Assembly (NCBI GenBank): GCA_036261425.1
Contig: DATAKU010000123.1
Span: 1 to 37,651, forward strand
Direction: 5' to 3'
Length of the DNA stretch: 37,651 nt
Origin: Candidatus Limnocylindria bacterium
GTDB lineage: Bacteria > Chloroflexota > Limnocylindria > QHBO01
The position numbers and the translations under genes were made by a program. Under the pieces are notes generated by a model, which saw only the letters and a program-made list of their open reading frames with translations, made no database searches and had not been told where the DNA came from. Below are positions 32,081 through 37,651 of this stretch, one piece after another (the first letter of the stretch is position 1; the number at the start of each line of letters is the position of its first letter).

Positions 32081-34882
32081 TCAGCCGCCGCCACCCCCAC
32101 CGTCGCCGGGCGGAACGGGCGGGCCCGGAGGCTTGGGCGTCTCGGCGGGAGGCGGCGGGGGTTCCGGTGGCGCCGGCGGGGGCGCCTCGCTCGGCGGCGG
32201 CGCCTCGGTGGGCGGTGGCGCGGGCGGTGGCGTGGGCGCGAAGCGAGCATCACCACAGACCGACGGGAAGCCGCTGTTGCCGGGCAACGGCGCGATGGCG
32301 AACCAGACGCGCTCGTCCTCCTGGTAGTCGGCGGGGTCACCGCGAGATCCGGTCTGGCCGCTCACCAGGCGATCCGCCCACGTGTCGGCGGCCTCGATCC
32401 AGTTCTCCGGCCGGTCCGGCGTGGCCTGGGAAAGGTACGCCTCGAGGTCCAGGCAGCCGCGGGAGTGGACGTTGTCGGCCGGCGGGACGGTGCCCTCGAG
32501 GAACGGCGCCGTGATGCGCTGGCCGCAGGCACCGGTGGCGGCCATGCCGCTGAAGCGGCAGACCTCGGCCACGGTGATGCCGTCCGGCTGCTCGAAGGCG
32601 GTCTGGGGCACCGGCTGCTGGGCGTTCCAGTCCCACGGGTTGTTCATGGCCAGCTCCATGAAGTCGTGCCACAGGTAGAGCGGACCGTCGGCGCTGTAGA
32701 GGCCACCGCGGATCTCGTTCGACATCGGTTCGCCGTTGTTGTTGCCCATCCAGACGCCGGTCACCAGGCTGCCGGGCACGTAGCCGAAGCCGGAGACGTC
32801 GCGGAAGTCGTTGGTGGTCCCGGTCTTGAATCCCGCGGGACGGCGCTGGCCATCCACGGTATTCAGCTGCGCGCGTTCGCCCCACAGGATGTTGCGGTCG
32901 GGATCGGTGTTGCCCTCGAGGATCCAGTGGGTCAGATACGCCTCGGCCTCGGTCATCGGCTCGGTCACCGGGGGCGCGTCGTCCTCCAGGCTGTAGATGA
33001 CCCGGCCGTCGCGGTTGCGGATCTCGAGGATGGTCGTGTTCTGGTGGAGCTCGCCCTGCTGCGCGAACGTGCCGTAGGCCTGCGTCATGTTCACCAGGTT
33101 GACCGGCACCGATCCGAGGGCAAGGGAGAGCCCGGGATCCTGTCCCATGATGTACTCGGCGCTCGCGATGCCGAGCGACTCGGCGAACTCGGCCGTCGTC
33201 TGCGACCCGACGAGGTACTGCATCATCACCGACGGGATGTTGAGCGAGTAGCGCAGCGCGTCCATGGCCAGGACCGGGCCGTGCTCCTTGATGTCCGCAT
33301 TCGTTGGTCGGTACGACGTCTCCTCGGTCAACCCGAACTCCGTGATCGCGTCGACGAACATCGTGCTGACCGTCGCATCGCGCGACTTGAAGGCCGATGA
33401 GTAGGTGATCGGCTTGAAGGCCGATCCGGGCTGACGGCGGCCGAGCCCGGCGACGTCGAACTGTCCCTTGACCCGCGCATCCTCGCGGTTGTAGTAGTCG
33501 ACCGAACCGACGTAGGCGACGATCTCCCCGGTCGCCGAGTTGATGGCGACCAGGGCGCCGTTGTTCACGTTGAAGTCCACGCACTGGTCGTACCGCGGGA
33601 CCGGCGAGACGCACTCGGGGTCCTCGGCGCGAGTCGTGTTCAGGTAGTACACGTGCTCCCCGACGAGGCGCGTCGCCTCCTGCTGGAGCGCCAGGTCCAG
33701 GGTGGTCGTGATGCGATAGCCGCCGGTCCGGACCTCCGCCGCCGGATCCTCGTGACCCAGCGCACCGAGGATGCGCTCGGCCTCGGACCGCACCCTGAAG
33801 CTGAAGTGCGGCTCGCGCAGGATGCTCGTCAGCCGCCTCGGGTTCATCTCGGTCCAGGTCGTGTCGCGTGCCTGCCGGTACTCGGCCTGGGTGATGTAGC
33901 CCTCCTCGAGCATGGCGCCCAGCACCAGGTTGCGTTCCCGGATGGCATCGGCGGCCCCGGCCTCGGGGTTCTCCGGGTCGTAGTTCGGGTTCTGGTACGG
34001 GTCGAGGAACGAGGGGGCCTGCGGCAGCGCGGCCAGGAAGGCAGCCTGCGCGACCGACATCTCCTCCAGGTTCGAGAGTCCGAAGTAGTTCGCCGCCGCC
34101 GCCCGGATGCCGTAGGAGCCGTTGCCGTAGTAGATGAGGTTGAGGTAGGTCTCCATGATGAGCTCCTTGCCCTCGCGCCCCGGGTAGGCATCGGTCACCT
34201 GCATGGCCAGGATGTTCTCGCGGATCTTGTCCTGGAAGTCGGTCGACTGGCTCGGCTCGGGAGGCTGGCAGACATCGGTCTCCTCCTCCGCGTCCTCGCC
34301 CTCCGTCTGCGGCTCGTCCGGGTTGACGGCCAGCTCGCTCGGCGCCGGCGTGGCGTCCGGGTCGACCTCCCCGGAGTCGGTCGCCACGAGCACGCGGGCG
34401 TAGTCGATCACCTGCTGGGTGATGGTCGACGCACCCTGCACGATCTCCCCGGCCTCGAGATTGGCCAGCGCAGCGCGCACGACGCCCTGGAAGTCGACCC
34501 CGTTGTTCTCCCAGAAGGTGCGGTCCTCGCTGGCGACGGTGGCCTGCCAGATGACGTCCGGCAGCTCCCCGAACTCGACGGCCTCGCGGTTCTGGCACTC
34601 GAAGCGCGCCAGCAGCTGCTCGCCGGTCCGGTCGTAGACGTAGGTCGACTGCGGCGGCTCGATGTCGTCGAGGATGTTCGGCTCGGGCAGGTCGGAGGCG
34701 AAGTAGCTGTAGGCGGCGAACATCCCGCCGGCGGTGCCCATGATCGAGCCGACGAAGGTGAGCCCGAAGACGCCGAGCGTGACGAGGAGGAAGGTCGCCA
34801 GGCCGCGGCGCTGTGAGCCGCGCCGGGTGGTCCGCCGGGTCATCATGAGGTGACGGCGACGGCGCTGGAGGGCCGGATGCAT
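32081..34882 (-). CDS. ponA: class A penicillin-binding protein (GT51 transglycosylase + transpeptidase), 933 aa
   Basis: GT51 motifs EDRTFWENNGVD, GASTITQQ and RENILAMQ. Transpeptidase motifs SAFK (GSAFKP) and KTGTT. N-terminal TM. Pro-rich C-terminal tail ending in GGGGGG. Confidence 0.93.
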   Translation of the reverse strand: MHPALQRRRRHLMMTRRTTRRGSQRRGLATFLLVTLGVFGLTFVGSIMGTAGGMFAAYSYFASDLPEPNILDDIEPPQSTYVYDRTGEQLLARFECQNREAVEFGELPDVIWQATVASEDRTFWENNGVDFQGVVRAALANLEAGEIVQGASTITQQVIDYARVLVATDSGEVDPDATPAPSELAVNPDEPQTEGEDAEEETDVCQPPEPSQSTDFQDKIRENILAMQVTDAYPGREGKELIMETYLNLIYYGNGSYGIRAAAANYFGLSNLEEMSVAQAAFLAALPQAPSFLDPYQNPNYDPENPEAGAADAIRERNLVLGAMLEEGYITQAEYRQARDTTWTEMNPRRLTSILREPHFSFRVRSEAERILGALGHEDPAAEVRTGGYRITTTLDLALQQEATRLVGEHVYYLNTTRAEDPECVSPVPRYDQCVDFNVNNGALVAINSATGEIVAYVGSVDYYNREDARVKGQFDVAGLGRRQPGSAFKPITYSSAFKSRDATVSTMFVDAITEFGLTEETSYRPTNADIKEHGPVLAMDALRYSLNIPSVMMQYLVGSQTTAEFAESLGIASAEYIMGQDPGLSLALGSVPVNLVNMTQAYGTFAQQGELHQNTTILEIRNRDGRVIYSLEDDAPPVTEPMTEAEAYLTHWILEGNTDPDRNILWGERAQLNTVDGQRRPAGFKTGTTNDFRDVSGFGYVPGSLVTGVWMGNNNGEPMSNEIRGGLYSADGPLYLWHDFMELAMNNPWDWNAQQPVPQTAFEQPDGITVAEVCRFSGMAATGACGQRITAPFLEGTVPPADNVHSRGCLDLEAYLSQATPDRPENWIEAADTWADRLVSGQTGSRGDPADYQEDERVWFAIAPLPGNSGFPSVCGDARFAPTPPPAPPPTEAPPPSEAPPPAPPEPPPPPAETPKPPGPPVPPGDGGGGGG

Positions 34883-34924
34883 CGGGCGGAAGCGTACCAG
34901 TGAGCGGGCTGCGGGTCGAATGGC

Positions 34925-35581
34925 TCAGCGCAGGAGGCTGAGCGCTCGGTCGTCGAGGAGGAGAGCAAGCACCGTGCCGCCGACCAGGAAGGGCCCGAAC
35001 GGGATGTAGCTGCGCATGCCGACCCTCCGGCCGGCGAGGAGCGCCAGGCTCGTCCCGGCGGCCAGGAAGGCGGCGGCGAAAAGGCCGGTGAAGATGACCG
35101 GCCAGCCGAGCATGAGGCCGATGGGCGCCACAAGGTACAGGTCCCCGACCGCCAGGCCGCCGCGCACCACCAGCGCCAGCGCGCCCAGGAAGCCGACGGC
35201 GGCCGCCGCGCCGATGAGCGCCATGAGCGGATCGACGGCCGGGTTGAACGGCACGAACACCGCGGCGAGCACGATGAGCGGGTCGAGCACGACATGCGGC
35301 AGGCGACGCTGCTCGAGGTCGGTGGCGGTGAGGATCAGCATGAGCCCGAGGAGCACCAGGTACGCCGCGGTCGCCCATGGCGGCAGCTCCGAGCGGCTCA
35401 CCACGCCGGCCGCCGCCAGGCCGCTGGCGATCGCCAGCAGCACCGTGCGCCACCCGAATGGGCGTCGACGGGCCTCATCGGCCGGCCAGACGCTCGCCAG
35501 GCGCTCGGACGCGGCGCCGAGCACGGCGAACAGGCCGCCGACGGCGATGGGTACGAGGCTCACGCGGTGGTCGTCCTCCAT
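34925..35581 (-). CDS. A24-family (prepilin-peptidase-like) aspartic membrane peptidase, 218 aa
   Basis: Polytopic protein. Asp motifs TATDLEQRRLP and GGLAVGDLYLVAPIG. C-terminal IPFGPFL. Confidence 0.72.
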   Translation of the reverse strand: MEDDHRVSLVPIAVGGLFAVLGAASERLASVWPADEARRRPFGWRTVLLAIASGLAAAGVVSRSELPPWATAAYLVLLGLMLILTATDLEQRRLPHVVLDPLIVLAAVFVPFNPAVDPLMALIGAAAAVGFLGALALVVRGGLAVGDLYLVAPIGLMLGWPVIFTGLFAAAFLAAGTSLALLAGRRVGMRSYIPFGPFLVGGTVLALLLDDRALSLLR

Positions 35582-35733
35582 GCTCCTGGGGCCGCCCGGT
35601 GCGCGGCGGCACCACGCATCCTAGGCATGACGGACGCCTGCGCCATAGCCCGATCGTCCGCGCCGCTGGCACGGGCCGTGCGATACGGGTGGCAGCGCCG
35701 GCACCGGACCGGCATGAGAATGGGAGGAATTCC

Positions 35734-35922
35734 ATGGACACCGATCGGATCGAGGGCCCGCTCAAGGAAGCGGGCGGCAAGATCAAGGAAGAGTGGGGTG
35801 ACCTCACCGACAACGAGCACACCGAGGCCGAGGGCCAGGCGGACCAGGTCGAGGGCAAGGTGCAGAACGAGTGGGGCGAGACCAAGGACACCGCGCGCGA
35901 CGTGGTCGACGGCGACCGCTGA
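35734..35922 (+). CDS. CsbD-family general stress protein, 62 aa
   Basis: G..KE..GK.....GDLTD......EGQADQVEGKVQ pattern. GGGAGGA lies 5 nt upstream of the ATG. Confidence 0.85.
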   Translation: MDTDRIEGPLKEAGGKIKEEWGDLTDNEHTEAEGQADQVEGKVQNEWGETKDTARDVVDGDR

Positions 35923-35941
35923 ACGGCGCCTACCCGAAGGC

Positions 35942-35969
35942 GAAGCCCCGCCGGCAACGGCGGGGCTTC
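35942..35969. terminator. bidirectional terminator-like hairpin GAAGCCCCGCCG-GCAA-CGGCGGGGCTTC between the convergent csbD-like and pepA genes
   Basis: Perfect 12-bp stem (13 bp with the flanking C-G pair) and a GNRA-like loop. There is no clear U-tract on either strand. Confidence 0.55.
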
Positions 35970-35995
35970 GTCGTGTTCGACACGGGACGAGTCCC

Positions 35996-37477
35996 TTATT
36001 CGGGCGGCTCGGCGGCGAAGTCCAGGCCGAGCTGCACCAGCGCGGCGACGGCGGACCCGGTCGCGCCCTTCGGGCCGTACGGCCGCTCGGCGGTGAGATA
36101 CGCGGTGCCGGCGATGTCGACGTGCACCCACGGCACGGTGACGAACTCCGACAGGAAGATGGCGGCCTTGATGAGTGACCCGTCTCGCGTGCCGGAGTTC
36201 ACGATGTCCGCGTGCGGCGAGTCGTAGCTGGCTCGGTACTCCGGCACCAGCGGCATCTCCCAGAACCACTCCCCCGCCTTCTCGGCGGCGGCGCCGATCC
36301 ACTCACCCCAGTCGCGGGGTTTCGCGAAGTAGGCGCTGACCTGGTCGCCGAAGGCGACGGCGCAGGCACCGGTCAGCGTGGCCACGTCGACGACGTGGGT
36401 CGCGCCCTCGCGCTCGGCCCAGGTCATCGCGTCGGCCAGGATGAGGCGACCCTCGGCATCGGTGTTCGTCACCTCGACCGTCATGCCGTTCATGGCCTTC
36501 ACCACGTCACCCGGGCGCTGGGCGTTGCCGCCGGGCATGTTCTCGACCATCGGCGCGACGGCCATGACCGGGGCGTCGGGAGCCAGCCGGGCCAGCGTCC
36601 GTGCGGCGGCCACCACCGCGGCCGCGCCGGACTTGTCGTGCTTCATGTCGCCCATGTTCTCCGACGGCTTGATGCTGATGCCGCCGGAGTCGAAGCAGAC
36701 GCCCTTGCCCACGATCGCGAGGCGTCGGTCCCCGCCGCGCTCCCAGCCGGGCAGCTTGATGGCGATCAGGCGCGGCGCGTGGGCCGCCCCCTGGCCGACA
36801 CCGAGGAGCAGGCCCATCCCGAGCCGCTCCATGTCGCTCGGCTCGAGCACCTCCACGGTGCAGCCGTCGGCCTCGAGCTCCCGGGCGATCTCGGCCATCC
36901 GCTCCGGGTACAGGTCGTTGGCCGATCGGTTGGCCAGGTCGCGCCCGAAGGCGATTCCCTCCCCCACCATCGCGCCCCGGTCGATCGCCGCCTGGGACGC
37001 CCCGAGGAAGAGCACCTCGTCCACCGAGCGCAGCATGGCGTCGGTGTCGCGGACCCGCCCGTAGACGGCGGTGGACCGATACGTCCCGGCCGCGGCACCG
37101 GCGGCGGCGGCCGCCCAGGCGTCGTCGTCCTCTCCGTCTCGCAACCAGATCGCCAGGGTGCGGGCACCGCGCCCGTTCAACCGCCGCGTGGCGACCGAGG
37201 CCAGACGCCGTGCACGGAAGGCGCCGCGCCCGCGCGTCCCGGCATTGAGCAGCAGGAGGTGCTCGACGCCGGGCAGGTCCCCGGCATCCACCAGGGCGGA
37301 CGGATGCTCCAGGATGTTGAACTCGCCCCATTCGATGGCGTGGCGAAGGGCGCCGCCCGAGGCAGCATCCAGCTCGGCGAGCTCGCCGGCCAGATCGGTC
37401 TCGTCGCGGTAGATCGGGACGGCGAGGACATCGGCCGCCACGGTCGTCGGCGTGTCGGCGGTCGCGCGCAGGCGCAT
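35996..37477 (-). CDS. pepA: leucyl aminopeptidase (M17), 493 aa
   Basis: NTDAEGRLILADA signature, VGKGVCFDSGG block. SD GAAGGAG lies 10 nt upstream of the ATG. Confidence 0.93.
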   Translation of the reverse strand: MRLRATADTPTTVAADVLAVPIYRDETDLAGELAELDAASGGALRHAIEWGEFNILEHPSALVDAGDLPGVEHLLLLNAGTRGRGAFRARRLASVATRRLNGRGARTLAIWLRDGEDDDAWAAAAAGAAAGTYRSTAVYGRVRDTDAMLRSVDEVLFLGASQAAIDRGAMVGEGIAFGRDLANRSANDLYPERMAEIARELEADGCTVEVLEPSDMERLGMGLLLGVGQGAAHAPRLIAIKLPGWERGGDRRLAIVGKGVCFDSGGISIKPSENMGDMKHDKSGAAAVVAAARTLARLAPDAPVMAVAPMVENMPGGNAQRPGDVVKAMNGMTVEVTNTDAEGRLILADAMTWAEREGATHVVDVATLTGACAVAFGDQVSAYFAKPRDWGEWIGAAAEKAGEWFWEMPLVPEYRASYDSPHADIVNSGTRDGSLIKAAIFLSEFVTVPWVHVDIAGTAYLTAERPYGPKGATGSAVAALVQLGLDFAAEPPE

Positions 37478-37528
37478 CGGCAGTCGGCTCCTTCGTGAAG
37501 GTGGGGAGGGAGGCGGAGTATAGGCCGG

Positions 37529-37651
37529 TCAGCGACAGTCGGAGATTCGTGCCGAGTACATCGTGAATCGGCCCCCGGTAGCCAGGGCGGCGCCGGCCGG
37601 CGGCTCCTGGTCGATGATGCCCTCCGGCTTCGAAGGGTCCTGCGCGCACTC
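37529..37651 (-). CDS. 3-prime end (40 codons) of a gene entering from the right edge (..ECAQDPSKPEGIIDQEPPAGAALATGGRFTMYSARISDCR*)
   Basis: Not in the ORF track because there is no start in the window. Third-position GC is high throughout, and a TGA sits at 37531..37529. The G.I..Q.P.AG pattern is faintly PASTA-like, but I do not assign it. Confidence 0.45.
   Translation of the reverse strand, partial: ECAQDPSKPEGIIDQEPPAGAALATGGRFTMYSARISDCR

Noticed and set aside
32081-32230. GC-rich quasi-repetitive DNA (GGCGG/CGGTGG units) that might be mistaken for a tandem repeat or CRISPR-like array.
   Set aside because: It is the in-frame Pro/Gly-rich tail of the PBP. It has no regular repeat-spacer periodicity.
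35582-35733. SigB/SigF-type stress promoter (GTTT-N-GGGTA) in front of the csbD-like gene.
   Set aside because: Only a GGGTGG element (about 35686..35691) is present, with no suitably spaced -35 GTTT. The evidence is insufficient.

Overview
This is a very GC-rich bacterial chromosomal segment (about 70% by eye, not computed). It looks Actinomycetota/Thermoleophilia-like: GTG/TTG starts, frequent ATGA/GTGA stop-start overlaps, and many long spurious antisense ORFs from stop-codon depletion. I support about 38 protein genes, one tRNA-His(GTG) and a few strong hairpins.

Gene order, left to right:
1. A minus-strand ECF-sigma-led operon of three or more hydrolases (alpha/beta hydrolase, SxxK beta-lactamase-fold hydrolase, amidase-signature enzyme).
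2. A LysR regulator divergent from a small membrane protein and an MFS transporter.
3. tRNA-His.
4. A minus-strand operon: ParB/Srx-like protein, metallophosphoesterase, membrane-anchored protein, GlsB/YeaQ, VOC.
5. A sugar ABC importer (MsiK/MalK-like ATPase, binding protein, two permeases) followed by an EEP-family enzyme and a GH38 alpha-mannosidase.
6. A stand-alone cNMP-binding protein, a DinB-like protein and a small membrane protein.
7. Two tandem ABC exporters (MacB/FtsX type and ABC-2 type) ending in a VOC gene.
8. A translationally coupled Nudix-topoisomerase IB pair.
9. A long minus-strand gene string: A24 peptidase, class A PBP, GlgC, YbjN-like protein, MA-clan-like protein with HQxxH, nicotinate phosphoribosyltransferase, TPR protein.
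10. CsbD and leucyl aminopeptidase.

I saw no CRISPR array, IS element, integrase, prophage or recognisable known defence system. The region reads as core or near-core chromosome. The most system-like, unexplained items are the anti-sigma-less ECF/hydrolase operon, the ParB-like/phosphoesterase operon, the Nudix-TopIB pair, and the YbjN-like/pseudo-gluzincin/NAPRT block. None can be declared novel without database searches. All family calls come from motifs read by eye in the supplied translations.
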